A stretch of 64,000 bases of DNA, from assembly GCA_035193785.1 (NCBI GenBank), contig CP136572.1:2004578-2068577 (forward strand), written 5' to 3'. The stretch comes from Planktothrix sp. GU0601_MAG3. Lineage in GTDB: Bacteria; Cyanobacteriota; Cyanobacteriia; Cyanobacteriales; Microcoleaceae. Each line of letters starts with the position of its first letter. Position 1 is the first letter of the stretch. The notes below the pieces were generated by a model. The model was not told the DNA's origin and ran no database searches. It saw only the letters and a program-made list of their open reading frames with translations. Shown piece by piece: positions 10,642 to 23,511 of this stretch. Made by a program: the position numbers and the translations under genes.

Positions 10642-12529
10642 GTGCCAAAAAATATGACTCCATCTAATCCAGAAGATAGTATAATTATGACTGAATCGAC
10701 TCATCCCTATACTGCCCTGATCACCGAACTATATCAACAGGCGATTAAATTTCAGGAAAGTGAGAATTTTGCCGAAGCGATCGCTTGTTACCAAAAACTA
10801 ATTAATATTGAACCTAAATTAGTCTTAGGATATCAAAGGATTGGCAGTCTTTCCCTAAAAACCCAAGAATTTGAACAGGCAATTGCAGCTTATCAAAAAT
10901 TAATTGAATTGAGTCCCAATGAATTTTGGGCTTATAATAATTTAGGAGAAGCATTGCTAAAATTAAAGCGATGGGAAGAAGCTATTCCTATTTATGAAAA
11001 AGCGATTGAAATAGACCCGAATTGCTTTTGGGGTTATAATAGTTTAGGGGAATGTTTAATCCAAACTGGACAACTAGAAAAAGCCGTCCCTATTTATCAA
11101 AAAGCTATTGAATTAGATCCTGAATTTTGGGGAGTTTATCAAAAATTAGCAGAGGCATTAACCACTTTAGAAAAATGGGAAGAATCCATACCCATCTACC
11201 GCCGGGCTATTGAATTAAAACCAGACTTTTTTTGGTCGTATGTAAGTTTAGGAAAAGCCTTAATTCAGTTAGAAAGATGGCAAGAGGCGATTCCCGTTTG
11301 TCAACAGGCGATTTCTATTGATCCTAGTTTCTTTTGGTCTTATATTAATTTAGCCGATTCCCTATTTAATTTAGGAAGATGGCCAGAAGCCATTGAAGTT
11401 TATACCACAGCTAATCAAATTAAATCGGATTTCTTTTGGTCTTATAAAAATTTAGGGGATGCCTTGATTCAATTGCAGCAATGGCAAGGTGCCATTCCGG
11501 TTTATCAACAAGCCTTAGAACTCAATTCCACTGAACCCTCATGCTATTATAACCTAGGTTTAGCCTATCTCAATTTACAACAAAACCCCGATGCTATTTC
11601 TGCTTTTAAAACCGCTTTAAAACTGAATCCAGATTATAGTTTAGCTCAAAAAAAATTAGACGAAATTATCGTAATTGATTCTCCCCCATCCCCCCATCAA
11701 CTCGAACCCATTGACTGGTTAAAATATTATCCTAAATCGGGACAAGCCCCCTCCTATTGTTTACCTAAAACCACAACTTTAGGCAAAAATCCCCAAACCG
11801 GAAAATGGCAATTTCCCGTTCCTCCTGAAGATTTGAGGTTAGTTTTTGTAGAGAATGAAGAATATTATCTCAACTCGGGGAAAACACAAGTTCAAGTCAT
11901 GTTAAGTATCTTGCGAGAGTGTGGATATTTCCTCAAAACCGGAAGCCGAATTTTAGATTTTGGTTGTGCATCGGGACGCATTCTTAGGGAGTTAGCTGAT
12001 TTATCGGATATTTGTGAAATTTGGGGGACGGATATTAGTGCCGATTGTATTGCTTGGTGTCAACAAAATATGAGTCCTCCCTTTCATTTTTTCGTCGGAA
12101 ACAACCCTACCCCATTTACCCTTTGAAGACCGCTATTTTGATTTAATTTATGCGGGTTCAGTCTTCACCCATATTGACGATTTAGCCGATGCCTGGTTGT
12201 TAGAACTCCGTCGGATTTTAAAACCCGGGGGACTGGCTTTTATTACGATTCAAGAAAGTTATATTTTTGATAAAATTAAAGAATCTCCTGAAGTCTGGCT
12301 TTCTAATAATAATGTCTGGCCGCCCGAACAAAAGTTAGCCTGTATTCAGAACTATTTTGAATATATTAATCAAGATTTTGCCATGTTTACCCTAGGACGG
12401 GATACCCGGTCTTTGGTGTTCTATGACGTGAATTATTTCCGCGAAAAATGGAAACCCTTTTTCCAAGTTTTAGCGGTTAAACAAGAAGCCTATTATTGGC
12501 AAACAGGAATTTTATTAAAGCGCCTTTAA
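10642..12529 (+). CDS. TPR-repeat protein fused to class I SAM-dependent methyltransferase (+1 frameshift at 12098)
   Basis: About 9 TPRs, then ILDFGCASGR; restored LPFEDRYFDLI...ELRRILKPGG. Confidence 0.88.
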
Positions 12530-12587
12530 TCTTTATAACTAGGGAACAGGCAACAGGGAATTACCCATTTTTATATTGTTTTTATAT

Positions 12588-12690
12588 CAGGACTTACGCA
12601 GAAACCGGGTTTCTGAAAGAGAAATCACCGATTTCATCCGCAAAATTAGGGCTAGAAACCCGGTTTCTTTGGTCTTGTGCGTAAGTCCTA
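12588..12690. mobile_element. 103-bp MITE, copy 1 (TIR core AGGACTTACGCA; 5-bp flanking repeat TATAT)
   Basis: CAGGACTTACGCA...TGCGTAAGTCCTA; near-identical copy at 52612-52714. Confidence 0.88.
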
Positions 12691-12753
12691 TATATATAAT
12701 TTTTTTGATTGCAGAGGTAGAGACGTTAAATTTAACATCTCTACCCGGGTTTA

Positions 12754-14948
12754 CTAATGAATTAACTCAATAGCTCGTTTCGTCAACGCTTCAGAAGTAA
12801 TGCCATTAAATGCCATTAACTCCCCGGCACTGGCGGTGGTTTCGCCCCGTTTCCAAGCGAAAGTATCCCGATGAGAATTGCTGCGTAACATAATCGGTTC
12901 TAACATCAAACTAGAACCACCTGTTACTCCAATTAAGGCATCTCCAGCAAACAGTTGATTAAAGGTTTCATCACTGGCAAAATCGTTATCGGGTTCGGAA
13001 CAAGTCTCGGATAAAACATCGTGAGAACGATATAAACGCCGAGGGTTAATAATAGAAACAATTCGGACTCCAATCCCTTCAGTTTCCAAAAATGCCGCCG
13101 CTTCAAACACCGGAATTAAGGTCATATCCCCAATCACCGCAAACACAACGGTTTTATCCCCTGGAACTTCCTGTAAGACCACCGCCCCATCTTTTAACCC
13201 TTGGCGAGTTTGCTCAAACGTCGTGCGGATGGGCAAGGGGGACTTACTGGCGGTAATAATAATGCTCTTGTTTTTGGTATTTAAAGCCCAGTCGTAGCAT
13301 ACTTGAATGCTGTTGGCATCGGGAGGAAACACCGGGAAAACATTGCCACTGCGCATCATCGCGGCAAAATAGGCCTCAATTTCGGGCCGTTGGTGTGTCC
13401 AACCATTGCGACCCTGTTCCAACGCTCCGGCGGTGAATAAACACACCGTTGAGGGGGTGGCCCGCCGTAACTCGGCCATGGCTTGGGCGACGGTTTGCAA
13501 AACTGGCACACCGTTAATCGCAAAAGACTCGTAGGAAACACCATAAAGTTCGGGCTCCTAATAGGGATAATCCCACCGCTAACCCGGCACAAGCATCCTC
13601 ACTTAAGGGTTCATAAACTTGCCCCTGGGGTTGTTGGAAATAAATATTATCCGTTGTCGGGTGAATAATCTTTAATCCTTGGTTAATATTGTTAATTCCA
13701 GAAGCCGCATTTCCATCAGCATTGGTCACAATAAAATGGGGATCTTTTTGCCCAACATGAACAACTAACGCCCCCATTGCGGTTGTGGAAACCTTGGGAT
13801 CTCCGCCAACTGGATATTCTTCTAGGGGTAATTCTCCCAGATCCGCTAAAGGATAATCAAACTCAGTGACAACGGTTTTGGCTGCTGGGCCACCACTGGA
13901 GCGTTCTAAATTTGTCCGCACTAATTCCCAAGCCGCCACAGGTAAGGCCCGTTCTTTTAAAGCGTTAATAATATGGGGACTATCTAGGGTATCTCCCGGA
14001 TAAAGGTTGTGGGATTTTGCTCCGAGGGCGTGAACTCCGGCGCCTTTTAATTGTTTAATAATAAACACGGTTAATTGACCCCCCAAAGCCAATTTTGCCG
14101 CCTTATCCATGGCGACTAAAATGGCTTGGGTAAATTCAATTCGTTTGTTAATAGAAAAGGCGGTACTATCAACATAATCACCCGGTTGATTCTGATCATC
14201 AAAATCCTTAGCATTAACTAAAATTACTTCTGAAAATCCATTTCCTTTCCAGTAAGCAATCATTTCTGCATTGGTTTTCGTGGAAACCATACTATGATGC
14301 TCTTGACTATAACCATTCCAGACCAACACAGGCAAGAAATTAGTCACTTCTGGATAGGCGGTGTGGAAGTGCATCATGCTACTCATGGGGTAGGGTTCGC
14401 CCATGCCCCCATCGCCGAGAGTGAAGGGAAATAGGACATTTCGGTGTAACAGGGCGGCGGCCATGGCAAAATGTTGTCCCTGTCCCAAGGGCCCGGCGGG
14501 GTTGAGCAGACCGGGAATAAAGCCGGAAAGGTGGCCAAGCAGTCCATGTTTTTCGCGGAAGCGATCGCGCAATTGTTGGACGGTCACAATGCCCATATCT
14601 TCTAGGGAGCGATCCAAGAAACACCGCACTGTAAAACCCTGGCGCATGGTGTCCCACTTCCGTCATAATATTCTTATGGCCCAGCATCACCAAGGCGGCA
14701 TAAGCTTCGACACTGGAGGCAAATCCCCCCGGGTGTCCCGAGGCTTTGCTGGCGGTGATTTGTAAGGTTAAATACCGCAGGGCATCGGCATACAGCAGGG
14801 TTTGATAGGCGGCTTTAGTATCATGGGCATCGGCAATTGAGGCAGTATTTTCAGCAATAATTGGGCTATTCCCATAGTGGTCAAATTCAGGAAAACTGTC
14901 TTTAAAATACTGAATTCCTTGACAAAATTCTGGTATTGTTGTTGTCAT
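12754..14948 (-). CDS. Phosphoketolase/transketolase-like TPP enzyme (+1 frameshifts at 14618 and 13535)
   Basis: SGHPGG, GHHAPG, GPLGQG, TPP motif GDGG, restored SYESFA, QGRNGWTHQRP. Confidence 0.88.
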
Positions 14949-15193
14949 GTTTAATCCCTTCTCGGTAATTCTGATTTTTTGAGTTAATATTTATTTTACA
15001 ATTACTTGTCCCTAAAAATGATAGTATTTTCCAACTAGGGAAAAAAAAATCCAATCATTGATTAAAATAAATAGATATAAAACCCATCGGTTATTAGAGG
15101 TCTGGGAAATATTCAAACCCTATTGTAAATTTTTTCTATATCGTTACCATAGAATAAACTATAACCTAATTTGATCATTCTAAAACTTTGATT

Positions 15194-16549
15194 ATGAATA
15201 CACAACTGCCCCCCGCATCCCCCCGTCCAGATCTATTAGAAAAAGTCTATTGGATTACTGATCCCCTCGATTATATGGATACCCATACCCAAAAATATGG
15301 AGATATTTTTAGTAATTATATTCTGGGGAAAAACACTCCTTGGGTTTTTGTAAGTGATCCCCAAGCTATTCAAAAAATATTAACCGATAATGTTTTTGAA
15401 GCTCCGGGTCATCTTAACAGAATTTTAGAGCCTTTAACCGGAGATAACTCTATCTTTATGTTAGAGGGCGATCGCCACAAACGAGAACGAAAATTATTAA
15501 TGCCATCCTTCCATGGGGAAAGAATGCGAGAGTATGGAGAATTAATCACGGATATTACCCAAAAAGTTATCGGTCAACTGTCTGAGGGACAGTCTTTTCT
15601 TGCCCGGGAAACCCTGCAACAAATTTCCTTAGATGTGATTCTAAAAGTTGTTTTTGGAGTCTATGCGGGAGATCGATATAGTCAGTTAAAACTTTTGTTA
15701 TCGGGAATATTAGACGTTTTTAAATCCCCTGTTAGTTCTAGTTTTTTATTCTTTCCAATTTTACAACAAAATTTAGGCCCCTGGAGTCCCTGGGGATATT
15801 TCTTAAAACAACGCCAACAAATTGACGAGTTATTATATACCGAAATTCGAGAACGTCGTGAAAACCCCGATCAATCTCGCCAGGATATTCTAAGTTTAAT
15901 GATAGCCGCCCGGGACGAAGAAGGCAACCCGATGACGGATCAAGAATTACGAGACGAATTATTAACGTTATTATTTGCCGGACATGAAACCACTGCTACG
16001 GCGATGTCCTGGGCATTATATTGGATTCATAGTCAGCCAGAAGTCTATGAAAAATTAATCCAAGAGTTAAAAAGTTTACCCCAAAATGCTGAGGGTATGG
16101 ATATTTTTCGCTTGCCCTATTTAACGGCAGTTTGTCAGGAAACCTTGCGAATTTATCCCGTGGCAATGTTAACATTTGCTCGAACTAATAAAGAATCAGT
16201 GGATTTAATGGGTTATCAATTACCGCCTAAAACTTTAGTGGTAGGTTGTATTTATTTAACCCATCGACGGGAAGACTTATATCCGCAAGCGAATCAATTT
16301 AAACCGGAACGTTTTTTAGAACGTAAGTTTTCTCCCTATGAATTTCTTCCCTTTGGTGGCGGTAGTCGTTTATGTATAGGAATGGCCTTAGCTCAATATG
16401 AAATGAAGTTAGTTTTAGCCACAATTTTATTGAATTATGAGTTAATTTTGTTGGAAAAACAACCCGTAAAAGCGGTGCGTCGAGGGGTGACTTTAGCCCC
16501 CAAAGGTGGGATCAAAATGCAACTGCTAAAAAAACTTCTACAACCGTAA
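15194..16549 (+). CDS. Cytochrome P450 (CYP110-like)
   Basis: AGHETT, ETLR, PERF, FGGGSRLCIG. Confidence 0.95.
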   Translation: MNTQLPPASPRPDLLEKVYWITDPLDYMDTHTQKYGDIFSNYILGKNTPWVFVSDPQAIQKILTDNVFEAPGHLNRILEPLTGDNSIFMLEGDRHKRERKLLMPSFHGERMREYGELITDITQKVIGQLSEGQSFLARETLQQISLDVILKVVFGVYAGDRYSQLKLLLSGILDVFKSPVSSSFLFFPILQQNLGPWSPWGYFLKQRQQIDELLYTEIRERRENPDQSRQDILSLMIAARDEEGNPMTDQELRDELLTLLFAGHETTATAMSWALYWIHSQPEVYEKLIQELKSLPQNAEGMDIFRLPYLTAVCQETLRIYPVAMLTFARTNKESVDLMGYQLPPKTLVVGCIYLTHRREDLYPQANQFKPERFLERKFSPYEFLPFGGGSRLCIGMALAQYEMKLVLATILLNYELILLEKQPVKAVRRGVTLAPKGGIKMQLLKKLLQP

Positions 16550-16879
16550 AAACCCAGAGAATTAGTCCGCAATCTTTAGTCTATTTATACCTGTTAATTG
16601 CCCCATTAACTCAGACCCCGGGGCAGGGGTATAGAAGATGAGAGTTAGGGCTTTTATCCTCGCCATAACTCAATAGATTAGAGTTTAAAAACCGTAGAGG
16701 TTTGGTCTCTAAGCCTTACTCAGAATAGGGTTTAGAGATCAAACCCCTGCGATAAAATATTACAACTTATTAAGGATTACTATAGATCAGAGTTGAATGA
16801 ATTACCGTAAATTGATTGACCCAGAAATTGAGTTAATGACCCAATGTAGTAGCCAATTTTCGGGTTAGAGATTTGTGCA

Positions 16880-16924
16880 ACCATAAACTTATACAAAAAT
16901 TGCATCTTTGTATAAGTTTATGGT
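16880..16924. promoter_or_regulatory. Perfect inverted repeat with 18-bp arms upstream of the AAA-like gene
   Basis: ACCATAAACTTATACAAA-n9-TTTGTATAAGTTTATGGT; the regulatory role is inferred. Confidence 0.5.
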
Positions 16925-17014
16925 ATGTTAGTTACAGCGTTCTTGTATTTTAATAATATAAAAATACTCAGATTTATTAATCTAATTTATTGATATAAAA
17001 ATATTGGGGTTAAC

Positions 17015-18359
17015 ATGGTCAAAAGTGTTGAGGAAATTTTAGACTTAACGGAAGCGTTGATTATTGCTAACGGAAAAAAACCGCTGAGTTATATTCAGAA
17101 AGTTATTTTAAAAGAAGCGTTATTAGAAACAAAAAAAACCTACGATCAAATTGCTGAAGACAATGGCTATTCTCCCAATTATTTAAAAAATGGAGTCGCC
17201 CCGCACCTCTGGCAACTTTTATCGGATGTGGTGGGCGAAAAAGTGACTAAGGCTAATTGCCACTGTTTATTAAGACAGGAATTAAATTATCAAGATATCC
17301 CTAAAATTATTCCAGAATTTGTTTTTCCTAAAGCAAATTTTTTAGAATCTCCAGAAGGCCAAGTTCCGCTTGATTCTATTTTTTATATTGAGCGATCGCC
17401 CATTGAATTAACCTGTTATCAAGAGATTCAAAATCAAGGAGCATTACTGCGAATTAAAGCCCCTAGAAAGATGGGTAAAACCTCCTTAATGGCTCGAATT
17501 TTAGATCACGCTCAACAGCAAGGTTATCATCCCGTTCGTTTAAGTCTCCATCTTGCCAGTAGTTTAGTCTTTACCTCAACGGAAAAATTCTTACGTTGGC
17601 TTTGTGCTAATGTAGCTCAACAGTTGGAATTAGAATCTAAAATAGATGATTTTTGGGATGAAGATGTAGGAACATTAGTCAGTAGTTCTCTGTATTTTCA
17701 AGGGTATTTATTAGAATTAATTAAAGAACCGATTGTTTTAGCTATTGATGAAGTTAATCAATTATTTGAGTATCCTTCCTTAGCCCGGGATGTCTTGGCT
17801 TTATTAAGATCTTGGCATGAAGAAACCCGAGATATTAGCAATTGGAAAAAATTAAGGTTTGTGATTGTCTATTCAACGGATATTTATATCCCCTTAGATA
17901 CAAATAAATCTCCATTTAACGTCGGTTTAGGAGTTGATTTACTGCCTTTTAATATTAGTCAAATTGAAACTCTAGCGCAACGATATGGATTAAAATTAAT
18001 GGATAAAGAGTTAAAAAAATTTACAGAATTTATTGGAGGATTTCCTTTTTTAGCAAGATTAGCCTTTGATCATTGTGTGCGTCGTAATATTCCCCTCCCA
18101 GAGTTACTAAAACAAGCCATCAGTGATACAGGAATTTATGCCGATCATCTCCACGAACAGTTATGGTTACTTGAGCAAGACCCCGATTTAGTCACCGCCT
18201 ATCAACAAGTTATTAGTACAAATCAACCTATCAAAATTGAACATGTGAAAGCGTTTAAATTAAAAAGTATGGGATTGGTTTCATATTGATGGAAATTCAG
18301 TTATTCCCAGTTGTGAGTTATACCGTCAATATTTTCAGGAGTATTTTAGGGAAGTTTGA
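17015..18359 (+). CDS. AAA-like (AAA_35) ATPase with N-terminal HTH-like domain (+1 frameshift at 18278)
   Basis: GQVPLDSIFYIER, APRKMGKTS, LAIDEV, SPFNVG; restored C-terminus VIPSCELYRQYF. Confidence 0.85.
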
Positions 18360-18380
18360 TATACATAAACTACAGAAACA

Positions 18381-18412
18381 GAAACCGGGCTTGTCCAAGA
18401 AACCCGGTTTCT
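18381..18412. repeat. GAAACC(C/G)GGTTTC-family palindromic repeat pair between convergent genes
   Basis: Same family at ~12601, 12656, 25496, 25545, 25921, 52625 and 52679. Confidence 0.7.
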
Positions 18413-18417
18413 AGGGA

Positions 18418-19594
18418 TTAATTTCTTAATTGTACAGGCATCACCAAATATGTCATTTTTATCCCACCCAAAGGATTAACAATAACTGGAGTAGTGGCGG
18501 CATTCAATTGCAGGGAAACTTCCGAGGTATTAAATACTTTTAAACCCTCTAATAAGTATTTAACATTAAATGCTAATTCCTTGGGTTCCTCCCCAGAAAT
18601 TTGAGCGGGGAGAGATTCCAAAGCATTACCAACATCGGCGGCTTCTACGGATAAAGCAATTTGTTGATTAACATGATCAATGCTACATTTGACAATATCA
18701 TTCTTTTGAGAAGCTAAAACCGCAATCCGTTCTAGGGCACCGATAAAGCCCCGCCGATCTAAGTTAATTTGATTGACAAATTGATGGGGAATTAACTGTT
18801 GATAAGCCGGATATGCCCCTTCTAATTTGCGAGTATTAAGTCTTTGTTCCCCCAGTTCAAAAATTACTTGACTCTCATCAAATCGCAACGTAATAATAAC
18901 CGGAGAATCGTCTTTAGAGCCACCGTGGGTATCAACAGTTCGCATCGCCACCATGCGTTCCACTTCCCTTAAAGCCCGGGCTGGAACTGTTACCTCAAAT
19001 TCCTCTAATTCATCATCGGGATCGGTTTCGCTTAGATTTTCTGTTTGCACAACTGCTAATCTATGACCGTCCGTTGAAGCAAATTCAATCGTATTATTTT
19101 GAACTTTTAAATGCACTCCAGTTAAAACCTGTTTAGTTTCATCGGAAACTTGTAGCAAATAACGTCCCCTTCAATCCCGAAATTAAAGATTCCGCCGCCA
19201 AATGAATAGAATCGCCCGTTTGAATAGCAGGTAATTCGGGATATTCTTCCGCCGCCATACCTCGAACTTGATATTTTCCTGAACTAGAAGTTAAATTAAC
19301 AATTGCTTCCCCAACTTGATCATCAATGGTAATTTCTCCCCCGGGTAAACGGGAGACAATATCATTAAATAATTTAGCTGGGACAGTTAAGGTTCCTCCC
19401 TCCGTGACCGTCGCCTGCATACTCGCCCGAATCCCCAAACTTAAATCAAATGCAGTTAAATTTAACCGTTGATTTTCCTCATCAGCATCAATTAAAATAT
19501 TAGATAAAATTGGATGATTCGGACGGGATGGAATCGCCCTAGATACCCAAGATAAATTAGAACTTAATTTGTCCTGTTCAACAATAAATTTCAT
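18418..19594 (-). CDS. dnaN: DNA polymerase III beta sliding clamp (+1 frameshift at 19145)
   Basis: PILSNILI, AFDLSLGI, STDGHRLA, YLVMPV; GGAGG RBS. Confidence 0.96.
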
Positions 19595-19704
19595 AGTTAA
19601 CCTCCATTGGTATGTGTTAGCATAATCATAATGCCGACAATTTCTAACATTCACGAGAGAAACGAACCCCTAATTATAACCTAGAAATCCCTCGATATCC
19701 TTAG

Positions 19705-20176
19705 CTATAGAATCTTCTGCATTAACAAAGATTGAGGTTGATAACCCAATTTCTGATAGAGATTGAGAGCGGGTTGGTTATTCGTGAAAACCTGTAGACT
19801 CATTTTGCGATCGCCCCGTCCCGTGGCCCACCGTTGAGCATGGGCCATTAAAGCTGAACCAATACCCTGTTTTCGGTGTTCTGGTGCCACATACAACAAA
19901 AAAACATGGGCAGTGCGTTCTCCGTCGGCCAAATCAATCGCATTACCTAACCATAAACAAGCTATCGGTTCGGGGCGGTGGTCTGGGTAGAATTTATCCA
20001 CCCACCACAAAGGGGTTTGAGGCGAAAAATACTGCTCAACAGTTAGGGCGAGATGGCTTAAATCTTGATCAGGGAATTGTTCCTTATAGGTTTCTATATA
20101 CAAACTTGAGTAATAAAGCCCGATCTAAACGTGACCCCTGGCGCAAATGATAACCGGGGATAAAAACTTCAGACAC
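19705..20176 (-). CDS. GNAT family N-acetyltransferase (+1 frameshift at 20090)
   Basis: LYVAPEHRKQGIGSALM, NQPALNLYQKLGY; restored start GTG at 20176. Confidence 0.87.
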
Positions 20177-20348
20177 GAATATTATTAAGGAAATAGGTCG
20201 CCGATGCAGTCGGAGTAAAAATCGTGCCAATGGGTGCCGGGGCGCTCATATCTCCAGGGAGAAAAATTCGCGCACTGACAACGAACAGAGCGAATAAAAA
20301 CATGATGACCACAATCAACGGGGCCATATATTGACGAAAGAATGCCAT
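20169..20348 (-). CDS. Small (59 aa) membrane protein, not in the ORF track
   Basis: MAFFRQYMAPLIVVIMFLFALFVVSARIFLPGDMSAPAPIG...; its stop overlaps the GNAT start. Confidence 0.7.
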   Translation of the reverse strand: MAFFRQYMAPLIVVIMFLFALFVVSARIFLPGDMSAPAPIGTIFTPTASATYFLNNIRV

Positions 20349-20422
20349 AATCAGTTATCGGTGATCAGTAAACAGTTATCAGTGTAAGAGTTGTCAGTTT
20401 TTAGCTAACAACCTACAATACA

Positions 20423-21775
20423 TTGACACTCCCTTTGCCTAAAGGCGTGGGGATTCTTTGTTCACAGAGCCAACTTGCTCGAACAGGATTTCTCCAGCCC
20501 GAGTAGAGGTCAATTCTCCCAAAGCGTTGCTTACATCTAGTGCAAAAGTTCCCGTATGCCCTACGGTACTCAATCCTCGACTAAGGATATTTCTAGCTGC
20601 ATTTTCATCTCTATCCATGACACAACCGCACCTACAAACATGGGATAAGAGTGGATAGCGTTTTCTTAACAATTTCACCGCAACTAGAGCATTCTTGGCT
20701 GGTATATTGCGGATTTACCGCCACCGTGACTCTTTCAAATACTTTACCAAAGTATTCAAGCCAGACCCGAAACTGATACCAAGATGCGTCATTAATAGAC
20801 TTAGCTAAACAATGATTTTTTACCAGATTTTTAATCCTCAAATCTTCGTAGGCTATCAAGTCGTTAGACTGAACTACGCACCGTGCTGATTTCACAGCAT
20901 GGTCTTCACGTTGCCTACTTATTTTAAGGTGGCGTTTCCCTAAAATCTGTCTAGCTTTGCCTCGATTTTTTGAACCTTTTACTTTTCTGGAAATCCGACG
21001 TTGTGAACGTTTAAGAACCTTTTCCCCTTGACGGAGAAATTTAGGATTCTCAACCATCACACCATTAGAGTCGGTGTAGTATTCCTTCAAACCCACATCT
21101 AATCCTATCGTATTTCCAGAAGGCTTTGTATTTTCTTTCCGGTCAACATCGACACAGAATTGAACGTACACGCCGTCTGCACGTTTTACTAATCTCACCC
21201 GTTTTATTTGGCTAATTTGGTAAAAGTGTAAGTCGCGCGTGCCTTTTAACTTGAGTTCACCAATATTTTTTTTATCGGTAAACTTTATGGATTTTCTGTC
21301 ATCTGCAAGTTTCCAACCCGTTGATTTATATTCAACAGAACGACAGTTTTTCTGGAATTTTGGATATCCTTTTTTACCAGGAATTGACTTTTTGCAGTTC
21401 TCGTAAAAACGGGAAATAGCAGACCAGGCTCTTTCGGCACAAGATTGTCTGGCTTGAGAATTGAGTTCATTAGCAAACGGAAAATTCTTAGCAAGCACGG
21501 CACAATATTTGTTTAGATCATACTTATCTATTTTTTTATTATCCATCCAATAGCGTAAACAACTATTGCGGACAAATTGTGCTGTACGAATCGCTTCATT
21601 TACTGCTTCAATCTGACTTGCTTTTCCGTAAGATTTGAACTCAAATACTAACATTGCCCTACCTCTCGCCTTACTTCTTATGCTATATCTTTGGGCACAA
21701 GATTGGCTGATATTGCAACAAAGGTTTACAATTAAAGCCTAACTAGAAGTTAGGGGTTTTAAACCCAATTTTCTG
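20423..21775 (-). mobile_element. IS200/IS605-family element carrying tnpB only
   Basis: Left-end hairpin ~21735-21763 near a TTAT tetranucleotide (minus strand); right end ...GGGAGTGTCAA; ends approximate. Confidence 0.8.
20439..21654 (-). CDS. tnpB: RNA-guided endonuclease TnpB (frameshift near 20650)
   Basis: GLDVG, IAYEDL, TSQECSSCG, CRCG..DRDENAARNI. Confidence 0.92.
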
Positions 21776-21882
21776 ATAACTAATAACTGGTACGGGTGCG
21801 CCAATAGCCTAACGAGATTGCGCTTTGCTAAGGTGCGTCTAACCACTGATAACTGATAACTGTTTACTGATAACTGAATTAA

Positions 21883-23209
21883 ATGACTTCTATCCTCGTT
21901 AAACCATCTTTGCCTCGACCGATCAATACCCCCACTGTTCATCAACTCTCCAATGGTCTGACCATTGTGGCAGAACAGTTAGCCGTTGATGCGGTAAATC
22001 TCAATGTTTGGATTAATATTGGTTCGGCCATTGAATCCGATGATATCAACGGTATGGCGCACTTTTTAGAACATATCGTTTTTAAAGGCACACCCCATCT
22101 GCAAATCGGCGAATTCGAGCAAAAAATCGAACAGCGGGGCGCGGTCACCAATGCGGCAACCAGTCAGGACTATACCCATTATTACATCACCACCGCCCCC
22201 CAGGACTTTGCGGATTTAGCTCCCCTACAGTTTGATGTGGTACTCAATGCCAGTGTGGCGGATGAAGCCTTTGAACGGGAGAGATTTGTCGTCTTAGAAG
22301 AAATTCGTCGGGCGGAAGATAACCCAGGTCGGCGTTTCCTTCCGTCAGTCCATGGAAATCGCCTTTGAGCAACTCCCCTATCGTCGTCCAGTTTTGGGGC
22401 CAGCATCGGTGATTGAGCAGTTACAATCCCAACAAATGCGGGACTTCCATCGCACCTGGTATCAGCCCCGCTCCATGACCGTCGCCGTGGTGGGTAATTT
22501 ACCCGTGGAAACTCTGATCCAAACGGTAGAAAATGCCGTTAGCTCCGTTTATCCCGCCTCCTCGATGGCTTCCGCCCTGCCGGAACTCCAACCCTGGACT
22601 CCTGAAGCGAGTTTTCAGGAAATTGTCCGTCAAGAAATTATTGATGATACCTTGGAACAAGCCCGATTATTGATGTTGTGGCGTGTACCCGGTTTAGCAG
22701 AACTCCCTCAAACCTATCCTTTGGATATTTTAGCCCATATTTTGGGCCAAGGAAGAACCGCACGACTATTCCAAGATCTACGGGAAAATCGCGGGTTAGT
22801 TTCGTCGATTTCTGCGAGTAATATGACCCAGCGTTGGCAGGGGGTATTTTATATTTCAGCCCGTTTACCCGCAGAGAATTTAGCTCTAGTTGAAGAAATT
22901 CTCACCGATCATATTCGTCAAATCCAAAGCGAATTAATTACCGAAGATGAAATTGCCAAAGTTAGGATGCAGGTGGCAAATCGGTTTATCTTTGGCAATG
23001 AAACCCCTAGCGATCGCGCTGGGTTGTATGGATACTATCAATCTCTGGTGGGGGATTTAACTGCGGGTCTCCATTACCCCGATCATATTCAAGGTTTGAG
23101 TTCAGAAACCGTTCAACAGGCAGCACAACAGTATTTGTCTCCCAATGCCTATGGAATTGTGATTTTAAAACCTTCCTTAAACAGTCATCAGTCATCAGTT
23201 AACAGTTAA
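21883..23209 (+). CDS. M16 family zinc peptidase (+1 frameshift at 22334)
   Basis: HFLEH inverted zinc motif, NAATSQDYTHYY, ERFVVLEEI. Confidence 0.93.
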
Positions 23210-23511
23210 CAGTTAACTGTTAAACAGTTATCAGTTAAACAGTTATCAGTAAAATTACCTTCCCTGAATTCAAGAAAACCCAGAGTTGGGAAGTTTCTGG
23301 GGACTAATAATGGTAAAATCGTGAAACGCTTATATTGTAGGCGTCATCGCCTTCTAAAGTGATAAGGTTTAAGGGCAAAAACCGCTTGATTTTTATTGGG
23401 TTTTGTGGGTTAACCCCAATAATGTATCCAAATTTTTCCCAAATCTCGGTAAAATTGTCCTGACAACTTTGATCCCCATGTTTTTTGAGTCATTGGTGAG
23501 AATTAGCCTCT

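Noticed and set aside
12496..12773. Two short ORFs
   Set aside because: They read through the MITE and repeats and have no protein features.
23255..23511. Riboswitch upstream of the cell-wall peptidase
   Set aside because: I could not recognise a c-di-AMP or c-di-GMP consensus by eye; an Rfam scan would settle it.
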